A stretch of 64,000 nucleotides of DNA from Octopus sinensis (lineage: Eukaryota), in assembly GCF_006345805.1 (NCBI RefSeq), contig NC_043004.1, positions 51,150,001 to 51,214,000 on the forward strand, in the 5' to 3' direction. Below, in pieces: positions 9,977 through 24,339 of this stretch. Position numbers and translations under genes: made by a program. The first letter of the stretch is position 1. Every line of letters begins with the position of its first letter. Below the pieces are notes generated by a model. The model was not told the DNA's origin. It saw nothing but the letters and a program-made list of their open reading frames with translations, and made no database searches.

Positions 9977-12737
9977 CTAGGAAGAAAAAATAAATAAATG
10001 AATAATTATCATATATACATCCACACATGCCCACCCACTTTTATTTATTTACTTTTTTCCTGTTAATTAGCAGTTAATTAATGAACCTGGACATGGAAAT
10101 TTTTGCAGTTGTAAAGAGGAAACAGATGTTAAAATGATGATGGTGGTGGTGGCAGAGACGGTGATGATGATCATGATGGTAATGATAATATGATGGTAGT
10201 GGTGTTGGTGTTGATGGTAATGATGTAATATTGATGACGATGAGGAGGAGGAGGATGGTGGTGGAGATTATGATTATGTGGTCGTAGTGGCAGTGGTGGT
10301 GATGGTGATGATGATGATGATGGCAATGATAACTCCTTAGTTATTAAATCACCACCACCACCACCATTACCATCACCACCACCACCACCACCATCATCAT
10401 CATCACCACCACCACCACCACCATCACCATCACCATCATCATCATCATCCTCATCATCATCAACAACAACAACGTGATTATCATTTTCATCACTTCTGCT
10501 GCTGCAACTGCTTCCGCTGCCACTATCTTCATTATCATCATTTTACATTCGTTTTCCATGCCGGCATGGGTTAGATGGTTTGACAGACGTCAACAGAAGG
10601 AGGACCATATCTCGATCTTTTATGTCATGGTTTTATCAGAAGTGCTTAATTTTCTAACTGGTTAATTATAAGTGGTTAAATGTTTAATACAAAGAATTTA
10701 ATCCAAACAGATAATCTGAAAGAGTAAGTTAATTTGATAAATAATATAATAAAACATCTGTTATGTAAGACAGATGCAGTATTAGTTTAAAATAGCAACT
10801 TGCATATTATACTTAATGCAGATACACTGTTGAAAACCTATAGTCTTAAAGACATATGTGTATGTATACATTCTTTTGGTGTTCTAATAATTCTATGATT
10901 GTTATATGCTTTAACTCTGACCTCAGTAACACATTGCTCGTATCATCATCATCATCATCATCATCATTTAACATTCACTTTCCATGCTGGCATGAGTTGG
11001 ATGGTTTGACAAGATTCCACAAGCTGCAAGGTTGTACCAAGCTCCAATGTTAGCTTTGACACGGTTTCTATGGCTGGATGTCCTTCTTAACACCAACCAC
11101 TTGATTGATTGATTGATTGTACTGGGTGCTATTTATTTATTTTTTTACACCACTAGCACAAGTAAGGCTACCGTGTAGCTTACAAGACAGAGTAAGAATA
11201 AGGAATAAGGAAAAAGCTCCCACTACTGAGAGGGAAGTATGGTTATTCAGAATAAAGTATTCTTGTATTGCTTAATGCCACTGTGGTTAAAGCACTGGGC
11301 TCACAATCATGAGATAGTGAGTTCAATTTCTGGACCAGGCTGTGTGTTGTGTTCTTGAGCAAGACACTTTATTTCACATAGTTCCAGTTCACTCAGCTGT
11401 AGAGATGAGTTGTGACGTCACTGGCGCCAGGCTGTATCGGCCCTTTTGTCTTTCCCTTGGATAACATCGGTGGTGTGGAGAGGGGAGACTAGTATGCTGG
11501 GTAACTGCTGGTCTTCCATAAGCAACCTTGCCCTGACTTGTGCCTTGGAGGGGAACTTTCTAGGTGCAATCTCATGGTCATTCATGAACGAAGGGGTTTT
11601 TACCCTTTACTGGAAAACTTTGTCTCATCATCATTTAGTGTCCTTTTTTCCATGCTGGCATGGTTTGGATGGTTTGACAAGAAGAGATGAACCAGAGGGT
11701 TCCAACAGGTTCTATATCTGCTTTGGCATGGTTTCTACAGCAGGATGCTCTTCCTAATGCCAACCACTTAACAGTGTGCTGGGTGCTTTTTATGTGGCAC
11801 CAGCACCACTGAAGTCACCAACTATCCACAATATAAGGCCCCCTCAACTGAGCAGGGTACAAACTGGGGGAATAAGAAATTATGATAGATGGAGAGGAGT
11901 AAGTGTCTTGTTGAAGAGGTGAATACATGTTTTGCCATGGTTTACCCACCTGGAAAGTGAGAGAGAGAAAGAAAGAAATGGAAGGTCCAGGTACAACATG
12001 ACTATGAGACAGAATAGGATAGAAAGGCAGAAAAGGTGGAAGTGTAGAAAAGTGCACTGAATGAAAATAGTGTGACAGATAATTAGGAGTAGGGAATGAG
12101 TTGGATTCAGAGGATATCAGTTCAGTGTAAGGGTTAGTGATAGAAACAGGGTAAAATTGCAGACTGATGGAAGAGTGGGTATCAGAAGAAGAGTTGTGCG
12201 GGAAGGCTGGGCAGAACCTCAATTCTGCTGAGATGGACAGAGTTTCTCAAGCACGGCAAAGTGGTTGACGTTAGGAAGGGCATCCAGCTGTAGAAACCAA
12301 GCCAAATCAGTCTGGAACCTGGTGCTGCTCACCAGCTTGCCATCTCTGGTCAAATCATCCAACCCATGGCAGCTTGGAAAACGGATGTTAAAGGATAATG
12401 ATGATGGTGGTGATAATGATGATGATGGTGATGACATATTGCCAGTCCTCTTAGTGCACCATCATTTCCTCTAAGAGGCTCAACATCTTGAGGTCAATCT
12501 TTACCACCTTCTCTCATATCTTCCTGAGTCTCCCTCTTCCACAGGTTCCTTCCATGTATAATTAATGGCACGTCTTTATAACAGTTCTTGATATATTTCT
12601 TTGCTTCTTTGATACTATACATCTAAAAGAGACATTATCTCAAGGCAAAAATTACGCTAAATTAGGCTTTTGATGATGTATCTGCTTTAAGTATGATACA
12701 CACATTGCCATTTAAATATAATGTGCTATATACTTAC

Positions 12738-12856
12738 AGACAGTGATACAATGATGGTGCAGACGGTTGTGGCAGCCATTCATACATCGAACTAAACTTT
12801 CACCTTCCAGCATCTCCAACAGACAGATAGGACAGGTGTCTTCATCATCTTTGGAG
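12738..12856 (-). CDS. MAP3K1: MAP3K1-like exon, RING/PHD first part
   Basis: caactaacag| ... |gtaagt, 119 nt, phase 2/1. [39 protein letters not shown] versus MAP3K1 [39 protein letters not shown]. Confidence 0.96.
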
Positions 12857-12996
12857 CTGTTAGTTGAAAGGGAGACAGTAAAAGAGAGAAAGAGAGAAAA
12901 TACAGAAAATAGTGTGACATTGTGCACAGTTTATATTATTAGTTATAAGCATCTTCATCATCAATCTTGGAAATGTTAGTTAAAAGTCAGGTAGAT

Positions 12997-13092
<96 letters not shown>

Positions 13093-14389
13093 CATACGGA
13101 AAATAGTGTTACACTGCACAGTCTATATTATTAGTTATATGCATTTTCATCAAACTTGGAAATGTTAGTTAAAAGTGAGAGAGAGTGTGAGTGTGTATAA
13201 ATATACACACACACATATACATATATATATATATATATAAATTAGACATAAAACCACTATTATGCAGCTCAAACATTGATAGACATAAACCAATACATAA
13301 ATAACAAATAATATATATTTTTATAAAAAAATATATATCATTTGTTATTTATGTATTGGTTTATGTGGGATCTGACCATGATTCGTGATATATATATATA
13401 TACACAAAGACATTGTGAGCAGAATGTGGTGGGTACCATCATCAGTGTTTTAATGTCAACTTTTCTATGTCAGCATGAGTCAGGTGGAATTGTTGAGGTA
13501 GATGTGCTTCATGTTGTCACCTGTAACTTGTTTCCAAGCAAAGTAATATTTCCCCCATGGCCATTATTGTTTTTAAGGAAGACTGGATATGAAGGACACA
13601 ACTTGTATGGCAGTGGTACTCATTTACAACTATCATATTATGCCAGGACATGGAGACACACACATACACACACACAGTGGTCTTCTTTCTGAAGTCTGCT
13701 AAATCTGCTCACAAGACTTTGGTTGACCTGGGGCTATAATAGAAGACACTAGCCCAAAGAGGTGCACAGAAAGACTGAATTCAAAACCACATGGTTAAGA
13801 AGCAAATTTCTTAACCACACCACCATGCAACAACAACGAGTGTGTTTATTTATTTGTGAGTTAGCAAAGCTACCAATGGTTTCATGTAGAAAGAAATTTC
13901 TCAACAATTGGTAACTTTGTTAACCTGCAAATAAAGAATATTTATCCACCAATGCTGTGGTGAGCACTCATTCTCACCGTTTGATATTAGCATATATATA
14001 TACACACACACACAGATACATATGTGTGTGTGTGTGTGTGTATACATACGTATGTATGTATGTATGTACACACACACACATATAATTTAAATTTACAGAA
14101 AACAAAATATGAAGCAGGTGTATTAGTTTGACTCTCAGGAAGAATGGAAAAGTCTTTGACATTTCGAGCCTATGTTCTTTGATGGAAAGAACTGAGAAGG
14201 AAAAAAAAAATAGAGAGAGAATGAAGAGAGATAAAAATGTGTAGGGATATTTTGGTTAGGCATTGCAATACGAATAACCTGAGGTAGGATTCAATATACG
14301 TATGCTCCTGAATGAAGCAATTTTTGAGTACAGAGCAGTAATAAGAAAAGAAAAGATGACAAAGGAATAAACGATTATCTCACAAACTT

Positions 14390-14468
14390 CATTAGCTCAC
14401 AGCTGTTTCTGCTATAAGATGCATAGTTGAGTTCCTGATTAACACCTTACAGCTTCATCAGAGCAATG
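14390..14468 (-). ncRNA. Minimal hammerhead motif, same family as 54864, probably inactive
   Basis: CATTGCT-CTGATGA-A-GCTGTAAGGTG...CATCTTATAGC-A-GAAAC-AGCT-GTG-AGCTAATG. The triplet is GTG, which is not NUH. Confidence 0.55.
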
Positions 14469-14881
14469 TTGTAAAACTTCCCTGCATATCATGTATAATA
14501 GTAACATCATTTGGTAATGTCTGATGAGGTGCTACTCTGCACTGTTGAGCTATGGACAAATTTATGCGGCTCTTAAATAATTAATTATGCGTAATCATCT
14601 ATATGTAATGTGGCCTGAGTGGAATGATACTTAAATCAATGCTGTATCTATATTTTCATTTTCTTCCTTGTCATTTGTGAGTGTGTGTTCATAGTAGCCA
14701 TCTACTAGATCCACTCAAAGGGCATTCATTGGCTTGGGACTATAATAGAAAAAAATTGCTCAAGGATGTGACAAAGTGGGACTGAAACCGAGACCATGTG
14801 GCTGGGAAGCAAACTTCTTAGCCACACCCGTGCCATCACCTTTTAATAGATAAACAAAAACAACAACCGAGATGTACCCAC

Positions 14882-15030
14882 CCAGTGTCGCTCTCGGCAC
14901 GAATGGAGATTTTTTCAGGAGAGTTTTCTGGTTTCTCTTCCAACTGCTTTTTCTGTATGTTTTTAGAACTTCCCTTGTTGACAAGTAACAATTCCCGGCG
15001 GTCGTTGTACATTCGAAACAGGTTCTCCAC
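14882..15030 (-). CDS. MAP3K1: MAP3K1-like exon, SWIM-RING linker
   Basis: ccttccatag| ... |gtgggt, 149 nt, phase 0/2. VENLFRMYNDRRELLLVNKGSS...AESDTG; VENLF matches MAP3K1 VESLF. Phases fit both neighbouring exons. Confidence 0.9.
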
Positions 15031-15827
15031 CTATGGAAGGGCAAACAGAAGACAATGGCATTAAACCATACAAGAAGAACAGTTTGTTTTAACTCAAAAT
15101 AGCCACACACAGAGAAATAAGATCTTAACTAGAACAAGGTCAGAGCTACAACCAAACAACAACAGTCAACACACACACAAACATCTGTGACTTGATTTCA
15201 AGCTATGCTATCGTTTGGTAGTTCTCTTAAACATGAGGATCACAGATGTAGATTTTTAGTCTTCCTAGGCACCTATACACATTTTCTGAACAGATGATGG
15301 GCATCTGCAGCAGGTGTTAAGAGGGCTCAGCACCCATACTAGCACACGTATTCATTCCATCATGGAATTTTCCTTATTTCTTTACTGCCCTCAAGGGGCT
15401 ACACACAGAGGGGACAAACAAGAACAGACAGACGGATTAAGTCGATTACATCGACCCCAGTGCATAACTGGTACTTATTTAATCAACCCCGAAAGGATGA
15501 AATGCAAAGTCAACCTCGGCAGAATTTGAACTCAGAACATAGCAGAGGACAAAATACCGCTAAGCATTTTGCCCGGTGTGCTAACGTTTCTGCCAGCTCA
15601 CCGCCTTTTTCCATTGAGTGTTTTGTCTTTCTTAGTTAAAGCTATCCATAGTATGCAACATACAATAGAGATGTTAAAAATCAAATTATGCCTCTGCTTG
15701 AAGCTTTTTAAAGTGAAGAAAGGCCTTGTACAGAATCATTCCCACTCCCTACAAAATGTGTGCATCTACCCAAAAAAGAACTAACCTACACCATTAGATG
15801 CTTTCCTTCTCCAAGACAGATATTTAA

Positions 15828-16185
15828 CCTGTTAGCATTCAGAATTCTCTGTCAAATGTAATGCTTATTTATTCACACTGTTTTAATTAAATCATGCATT
15901 ATATAATCATGCTTTGAGATTTTGACAATGTGATTGCTTATATTTAGGATGACATTGTAGGATAGATATGAGACCAGGTCTGGCCAGTTTACTCTTTACT
16001 CTTTTACTTGTTTCAGTCATTTGACTGCGGCCATGCTGGAGCACCGCCTTTAGTCGAGCAAATCGACCCCGGGACTTATTCTTTGTAAGCCCAATACTTA
16101 TTCTATCGGTCTCTTTTGCCGAACCGCTAAGTGACAGGGACGTAAACACACCAGCATCGGTTGTCAAGCAATGCAAGGGGGACAA

Positions 16186-16275
<90 letters not shown>

Positions 16276-16488
16276 TACGACAGGCTTCTTTCAGTTTCCG
16301 TCTACCAAATCCACTCACAAGGCATTGGTCGGCCCGGGGCTATAGCAGAAGACACTTGCCCAAGATGCCACGCAGTGGGACTGAACCCGGAACCATGTGG
16401 TTGGTTAGCAAGCTACTTACCACACAGCCACTCCTGCGCCTATTTGAACATATTTAGGTGCGATTTGACTGGTTTAACAGCTAAAGGG
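15828..16488. mobile_element. piggyBac-type MITE with a nested SINE (~15989-16442)
   Basis: TTAA on both sides; termini cctgttagcattc ... gctaaaggg. Same family as 59360-59899. Confidence 0.7.
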
Positions 16489-16916
16489 TTAAACAAAGAC
16501 CAAGATTCTCTCATTCCCAGCTGATGGATGGCCATTGACTCTCCTGAGTGCAAATTCACCGTTTGATGGGTTTTGTTTATTGTTCTGTAGGGTGTCTAAC
16601 AAAAATCACCCTCATTTCCAAGTAGGCATGATAAGGCTGCTGGTTTAGTCACCAATGATCCAACAATACACACACACACATACACACACACACACACACA
16701 TACGCGCGCACACAAAGAGCTTTCACTTAGTTTCCATCAGCCAAATTCACTTAACAAAATATTGTCTGGTCAAAGAATATTCTAAACAACACTTGTGCAA
16801 TTGTTACTCTGGTTATGTGCTGCTTTCGATGCAACGATGCATGCTAACAATTCTACCAGCTCACCACCTTAATAATAATAACAGTAACAACAACAACAAC
16901 AACAACAACAATAAAT

Positions 16917-16947
<31 letters not shown>

Positions 16948-17255
16948 TAATAATTATAATTATAATAACAATCCTTTCTACTCTGGACACAAGGCCTAAA
17001 ATTTGGGGGTAGAGTGCTACCCCCAAACACAGAGGTCAACTGGCCATTATTTCATCGACCTTGAAAGGATGAAAGGCCTATCTTGCTGTGAGGGTAATGA
17101 ATGAAGATATAACAAAGTCAAAGGACAAACAGTGGGAAATTACAAGTTGTTTAGGAAAAATATGGATGAACAAAAGAGAAACATGTCTATGTCCTATATA
17201 AGTAGGACAGTCACCAAAGGCCATAAATCACGTAAGAAAGAGTAGAAAGACTTAC

Positions 17256-17372
17256 TTCATAATTTTTCAAAGTCTGGCTCCATAAACATGGATCGGTCTC
17301 TTTCACTTTAAACACACGTAACATGACAAAAAGAACATGGACACAATGAGGGCTGCGACCACAACTGCATGT
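17256..17372 (-). CDS. MAP3K1: MAP3K1-like exon, SWIM zinc finger
   Basis: tcattgcag| ... |gtaagt, 117 nt. [39 protein letters not shown] contains the CxC...CxH SWIM motif; MAP3K1 has [39 protein letters not shown]. Confidence 0.96.
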
Positions 17373-18651
17373 CTGCAATGAAACAACATCAACAACAGAT
17401 ATCATTAGCAACACCATCATCATGATCAATGCCAACACAACTACCAACATCACCATCATCATCATCATCATCATCATCACCATTTTAATATCCAGTTTTC
17501 CATTCTTGCATGAATCAGACGAAATTCGCAGAGGCAGATTTTTCTACAGCCTGATGCCCTTCCTGTTTCCAAACAAGGTAATATTTCTCCTCATCTTTTG
17601 TGTACGAACAGCACAATAGGCCAGACATGTTTTCACAGAAGATTGCAAACAAAGCACATTACTTGTATGACAGCAATGTTTGTCAACAGCCATCATTTGA
17701 TATATATATCAAGACAAGGGGACATGAACACATATGCACAATAGGCTTCTTCCAGTGTCTGTCAACCAAATTAACTCACAAGGCTTTTGTCAAATTGGGG
17801 CTATAGCAGAAGACATTTACTTCTTGCCCAAGGTACCAGGCAGTGGGACTGAACTCAAAACCACATGGTTTGGAAACAAACTTCTTAACCACAGTCATGC
17901 TTGTTCATATTAACACTTTGTATTTTCAAACAAAACTATATATATTTATATTCATAAACTGAATAAATCCTTATAAAAAAAACCTGGTGTGTTCTTATTG
18001 AACAATATAAAGTTAAGTGCCTGTTGTCTGAGGAACACATGTAGATTCATAAAGAACCACCAAGGAGGTATTTCATGGCCATAACAACAACAACAGCCAG
18101 CGTGCAATTGCTGTGGTATAGAGGCCTGTCCAACTAAAAGGCAAATATTTATATAGAAATAATGTGTACCACAGCATGTTCCTTGACAACACCTCTATCT
18201 GCTAAATAGCACTGGCAGAGACCACATTCAAAAACCATCAGTACCAAAACAGCTTTTAGCTATCAGTGCTACCTTGAAAGCATAATACAAATGTTTGGAA
18301 ATGAAAGAATACACACAGCATAAACCTCAAGGCATGAAGGTTAAGTTTTTCACCCCTTGTTTACAGAGAAGTTACACATTGTCAGCCACTTCACACTAAT
18401 GCCAAACACAAAATCTGAGCTTATCTCAACTTGCCACCATATACCAAACTTCTTGCTGATTACCATTAAAGCTGAACTATCTCATGTTTAACAAAAGAGA
18501 TTATTTTAGTCTCATTAATGAGTTTAGTCAATTTCCACAAAACCTTTAAGTATTATGAAATAATTTTGTTTACTAAAATGCAGTTATACACATACATACA
18601 CACACACACACACACATATACATGCACACATGCATTGACACATACTCATAC

Positions 18652-18867
18652 CTGTGGTCCAATGATAACTTTAAACTTGTGTATAGGTGAATCTCCACCA
18701 ATCAGAAAGGAATTGGGACCTGTAAGTTGCAGGAGATATAGTCGAGCTCGTTGTACTTTTTCGATTCTCTTCCGTGTCAGCTCACTGTTGCTAGTCAGAT
18801 ATGCAGAGATGTTCTGCGAAAGGAGACGGCGATAGGCATATACACCAGACGTTTGTTGCGTTCGAAA
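18652..18867 (-). CDS. MAP3K1: MAP3K1-like exon, pre-SWIM region
   Basis: tatcatttcag| ... |gtatga, 216 nt. Encodes ...[41 protein letters not shown], matching MAP3K1 [40 protein letters not shown]. Confidence 0.95.
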
Positions 18868-19373
18868 CTGAAATGATAAGTAAACAGAGATGAAATTAAG
18901 GAACAACAGTGGCCATACTTGGCCATCACTTCAAATTTTGTCATTTCAAACACTAGTTAAGCTTCCATTGAATAAACCACTTCACAAATGAGTTAAACAA
19001 AGTAAATAACTCTGTTTGCAGTAGTGTGCCTGATTGAAAATCTTTATATCAGAGGTAGACAATATTTTAATAATGGGGGTGAATTGACCGTGAATAAAAA
19101 CCTATGAGGATACAAATGTACTGAGAAAAATGATGGAGCTTTCATTTTAAAATTCTTGCATAGATGTGTGGTTAAGGAATTTGCCTTGTCTTGACATCAT
19201 GTGATACTTATTAGCAAATGGCACCATCATACAGTGTTATTAATTTCCAATCTTCCGCGAAAACATGTCTGGCCATGAGGAACAAACACACTGCTTGGAA
19301 ACAAGTGAGAGCCGATGAAATGAAGAGCCATTAAAAAATATATATATATTAAAATATATATATATATATATAT

Positions 19374-19680
19374 ATCTTTATATATAAAAGTGAAGTTGTG
19401 TGTCTGTCTCCTATGATTTAGATTCCTAACTACTCCCACATTTTGCGGTTCAGTTTAACCAAAACCGGGTATCTTATAGTCGTAATTCATATCGAGCCCT
19501 TCTGGGTATTAGCACGTGTCTACGATGAGTCTGCGATTTTAAAAATAATTTACCATCATTTTTTTCCATTTTAATGCATTTTTTCGCTATTATATAAGGG
19601 AAGTAACTCTCTAAAAATGTTTACGATGAGTCAACGATTAAAAAAAAAAATTTACCATAATTTTTTTTCCATTTTTAATG
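19374..19680 (-). mobile_element. Helentron-like family 2, 5'-truncated copy
   Basis: Reverse complement of the 3' ~300 bp of 50052-50451. Confidence 0.65.
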
Positions 19681-20486
19681 GATGCCCTTCCTAACGCCAA
19701 CCACTCTGAGAGTGTAGTGGGCGCTTTTACGTGCCATCGGCATGAGGGCCAGTCAAGCGTTTCTGGCAACGACCATGCTCAAAAGGTGTTTTTTACATGC
19801 TACCTGCATGGGAGCCAGTCCGGTGGCACTGGCAACGACGATACTCAAAAATTGTTTTTCACATGCCACCAGCACATGTGCTGGTAAGGCAACGCTGGCA
19901 ACAATCACACACAATCTGTGGCCCTGGCAACAATCACGCTCGGATATGCTTTTAACGTTCCACAGGCATGAGTGCCAATCAGGTGGTACTGTCATCGGCC
20001 ATGTCAGTGATTTTGATTTGATTTCACTTGCCTTAATAGGTCTTTGCAAGCAAAGTTTATAGCCCAATGAATGAGGAATACTCATAAGTGGGCTGGTTAC
20101 ACTCCACGCTTGGATGTGCTTTAATGTTCCACTGGCACATGTGCCAAACAGGCGGTATTGTAATCGGCCATGTCAGCGATATATATATATATATATCACA
20201 AGATCACGTGACCGACCAGTCCATCAGATGTGGTTACACATCGCTGGTCACAATGCGTTCGCATTGTTTTAGCCTTCGAATGATGCCACCCCGCTGGCTA
20301 AGCGAGCAGGCCAACAGAAGAAAGAGTGGTGAAAGAGTACAGCAGGGATCACCACCCCCTGCCGGAGCCTTGTGGAGCTTTTAGGTGTTTTTGTTCAATA
20401 AACACTCACAACGCCCGGTCTGGGAATCGAAACCGCGATCCTACGACCGCGAGTCTGCTGCCCTAACCACTGGGCCATTGCGCCTC

Positions 20487-20517
<31 letters not shown>

Positions 20518-20540
20518 ACACACACACATACACACATACA

Positions 20541-20576
<36 letters not shown>

Positions 20577-22904
20577 TATATATGACAAAATTCTTTCAAT
20601 TTCCATCTGCTGAAATTCCCTCACAAGGATTGGTGAGTCTGTGGCTATAGTAGAAACACTTGCCCAAGGTGTACAAGTAAAACCAAGACCATGTGGTTGG
20701 GAAGCAAACTTCTTACCACACAGTCACCACACTTGTGCCATACCAAGAAAATTCATTTCATCATAAATTTGCAAAGTATCTCCAACGATAACATCAACCC
20801 AGTAACCAATTTTAGCCTATAAAAGAGCTCTAGTTCATTAATTAAGCTTATCCGTCTTCATTTTAGATCTAACTATGGATTTAAAGAATCAAAACAGGTC
20901 AAGATTATCTGAACAAAATAATTAAGGAACAGTAATTAATTAACATGCTGGACAAAATTCATCTTGGTTGCTTCTCTCTGTAGTTATATCACAACAAACC
21001 ACGAGAGACAGGATAAATAAAATGGACAGGAAATTAGATAGAACATGTCCAGACAGACTGGTCAAACGAGATGATCATCAGACTGTATTTACCATTCTAT
21101 ATGTCAAGGTATGTTTTATAATCCTTTTTATTTTTAATCTTTTACCATGTTTCAATCATTGGACAGCTGCCATGCTGGGACACCACCTTGAATGATTTGG
21201 CTGAATAAACTGACCCATAGCATTTTTGTGTTTTAAAGCCTGGTGCTTATTCTATCAGCCTCTTTTAGCTGAACTGTTAAGTTATAGGGACATAAACAAA
21301 CTCACACCGATTGTCAAGAGGGACAACCACAAAGACACACACACATAGATATATATATAGATAGATAGACAGACGGACACACAGACACACACACACATAT
21401 ATACATACATACATACATACATACATACATAAGAAGTCCTTCATATACACAAATATACATATGTATATATGTGTATATGAAGGGCTTCTTTCAGTTTCCG
21501 TCCACCAAATCCACTTACAAGGCTTTGGTTAAACTGAGGCTATAGTAGAAGACACTTGCCCAAAGTGCCATGCAGTGGGACTGAACCTGGAACCATGTGG
21601 CTAGGAAGTAGACTTGCTACCACACAGTCACATGTTAAAACTATCAGAACACCTTGGTGTTATTGTTATCCTCCATATAGAAGGGTAGTAGTAGAGACTG
21701 CAAAAAATAGCAGGCAAATCACCCTTCAATCATACCTTATTGTTTTCTTACAATGGAAGCACTCCGTCGGTTACGACGATGAGGGTTCCGGTTGATCCGA
21801 ATCAACGGAACAGCCTGCTCGTGAAATTAACGTGTAAGTGGCTGAGCACTCCACAGACACGTGCACCCTTAACGTAGTTCTCGAGGATATTCAGCGTGAC
21901 ACAGAGAGTGACAAGGCCGGCCCCTTGAAATACAGGTACAACAGAAAGAGGAAGTAAGAGTGAGAGAAAGTTGTGGTGAAAGAGTACAGCAGGGATCACC
22001 ACCATCCCCTGCTGGAGCCTCGTGGAGCTTTTAGGTGTTTTCGCTCAATAAACACTCACAACGCCCGGTCTGGGAATCGAAACTGTGATCCTATGACCGC
22101 GAGTCCGCTGCCCTAACCACTGGGCCATTGCGCCTCCACACCTTATTGTTTAAAAGAAATTAAACAGAAAAGTACATGTTCGAGAAATGTTGTTCCAGAT
22201 GAAATGTATCTGGAAACAAAACAGACTAGATAGTCATATCTGGAATGTTTTTATCAAAAATTAGCTTGATCAAGGTTGACATAGGGCTGGAGGAGAGGAA
22301 AAGAGGAGGAAGAGAAGGATAATATAAAGAAGTAAGATAAGAGAGAGAGGGAGGAGGATGAGGAAACAATATCTAAGTAATCCTTTGTATCAAAGATGGG
22401 ATAGTCATGGATGGAAAGGCAGTTATAAATTTGTTTGATCAGCTCTGTTTCTTTCCGAGAGTTTATTGAGAGTTCATCAGTAGATAATTTCAAATATGTG
22501 GAAGATATCTAACTTGCAATCAAAGGGAGGGGGTTTATTATATCTGCTCTACATGGTCACTAACCCTGCTAGAAATAAGAGTCAAATCTTGCTGTAATGG
22601 AGCTGGAAAAGACAGAATAGTAAAGCTGGCATGTCAGGGTGGGACCCCAAGTTATGGGATAAGCAGAGTTTCCATCCATCCAATTTCACTCACAAGGTAT
22701 GGATCAACTTCAGGCTGCAGAAAATGACACTGTGGTTCCTAGAACATCAACACTAACTACACTAACCACCAGAACCACCACAACAATAACAACTACAACA
22801 GCAACAAGCAGCTCCTCAACAACCACTGCCTCTACAACCCGCCAACACCACTTAAATAGTCACCACCAAAACTAGAACAACAAAAAACAAATTATTTGTT
22901 TTAT

Positions 22905-23135
22905 GAATGATGATGATGATCGTCATCATCGTCATCATCATCATCGTCGTCGTCATCATCATCATCGTCATCATCATCATCGTCGTCGTCGTCATCATCA
23001 TCGTCATCATCATCATCATTGTTGTCGTTGTCATCATCATCGTCATCATCATTATCATCGTCGTTGTCGTCATCATCATCATCATCGTCGTCGTTGTCGT
23101 CATCATCATAGTCATCATCATCATCATCATGACCA
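22905..23135. repeat. (CAT)n/(CGT)n trinucleotide array with a ~30-bp higher-order period
   Basis: Visible directly in the sequence. Confidence 0.85.
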
Positions 23136-23696
23136 CCATTTTAATGTCCATTTGACTATGCTTACATGGACTCAATGGAGTTTACTGAGGCTGGAATTTT
23201 CTACAGCTCGAAGCTCTTCCTGTCACCAACAGTCATCTGTTTCCAAGTAAGGTGATAATTAATTTCCCTGTGGCCAGACATATTTTCACAGAATATTGGA
23301 AATGAATTACATTGCTTGTATGACAGAGACACTTATATACAGAGACAACCCAAACACATTATTTGATTCTCAGTCTGAAGAATTTGTAATAAAGAATTGA
23401 ATAATATACTATTTGGCACTCTGCTTGAAGAATTTCTAATAGGAAATTTCTTACATGTTTATCTAACATGTAAAACCTAATAATACCTATTAGCAAATGA
23501 AACATATGTAATGGTGAGTAAGTCTGCAAATAATATTTGTAGAATTTTCAACTCTAAAATGTACCTCACTTCAATGCAACAACAACAAACTGGATTGTAA
23601 TACTGGAAGAAGCAGATGTGCCTCAAGAGGACACAACTTGGATTTTACTCTGCCTACATAATGTGTGTGTGCATGTGCATATCTATATATATACAT

Positions 23697-24076
23697 ACTA
23701 GCACTATGACCCGGCATTGCCGGGTCATAGTGCTAGTGCATGCATATACAGCTGTGTGCGTGCGCACATACACGCGAGTACTGTCCAAATCTCCGACCAA
23801 CCACATACAGCTAGCTGGCATTCAATTGGCGTATCAAGTTTCGGGCATTTTGATTGGGTTTTGGATAGAAAATTCACAAAAATGTCACTTCTATTGATTT
23901 TTTAATGGCTTTGCGGGGTGACTGGGGAAATGTTAAGATGTGCACGACCACCCTTGGACGGTTTTGAATGACCATAGAAAGTGCGAGCCCTCTAACTGAA
24001 AAATTGTGGATTTGTATAAAGGACATGCACACACACACACACACACAGACATTTTACCATTTATATAAATAGAGAT
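23697..24076 (+). mobile_element. Non-autonomous Helentron-like element, family 1
   Basis: Starts with a perfect 41-bp palindrome ACTAGCACTATGACCCGGCA-T-TGCCGGGTCATAGTGCTAGT and ends ttatataaatagagat. Confidence 0.65.
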
Positions 24077-24339
24077 ATTCATATACATCCAACACATGCC
24101 AGCATGGAACATGGATATTAAATGAAGATGATGGGCTTCTTTTAGCTTCTGCCAAGCAAATCCGTCCATCAGGCTTTGATTAGTCTGAGGCTATAGTAGA
24201 AGACACTGGCCCAAGATGCCACACAGTGGGACTGAACCTAAAACTAAATGATTGTGAAGCAAAGTTTTTAAACCACACAGCCATGCATGCACCTATGTTA
24301 TAAAAACAAATTAAATACCAAAAGCTCAAAAGTTCTTAC

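Noticed and set aside
12738-18867. ZSWIM2 as the alternative identity for the SWIM + RING gene
   Set aside because: The motifs [30 protein letters not shown] and PWIQ match MAP3K1 specifically.
22440-22485. CTGATGA...GAAAC on the minus strand
   Set aside because: The intervening sequence cannot form stem II and there is no NUH or stem I, so it is a chance match.
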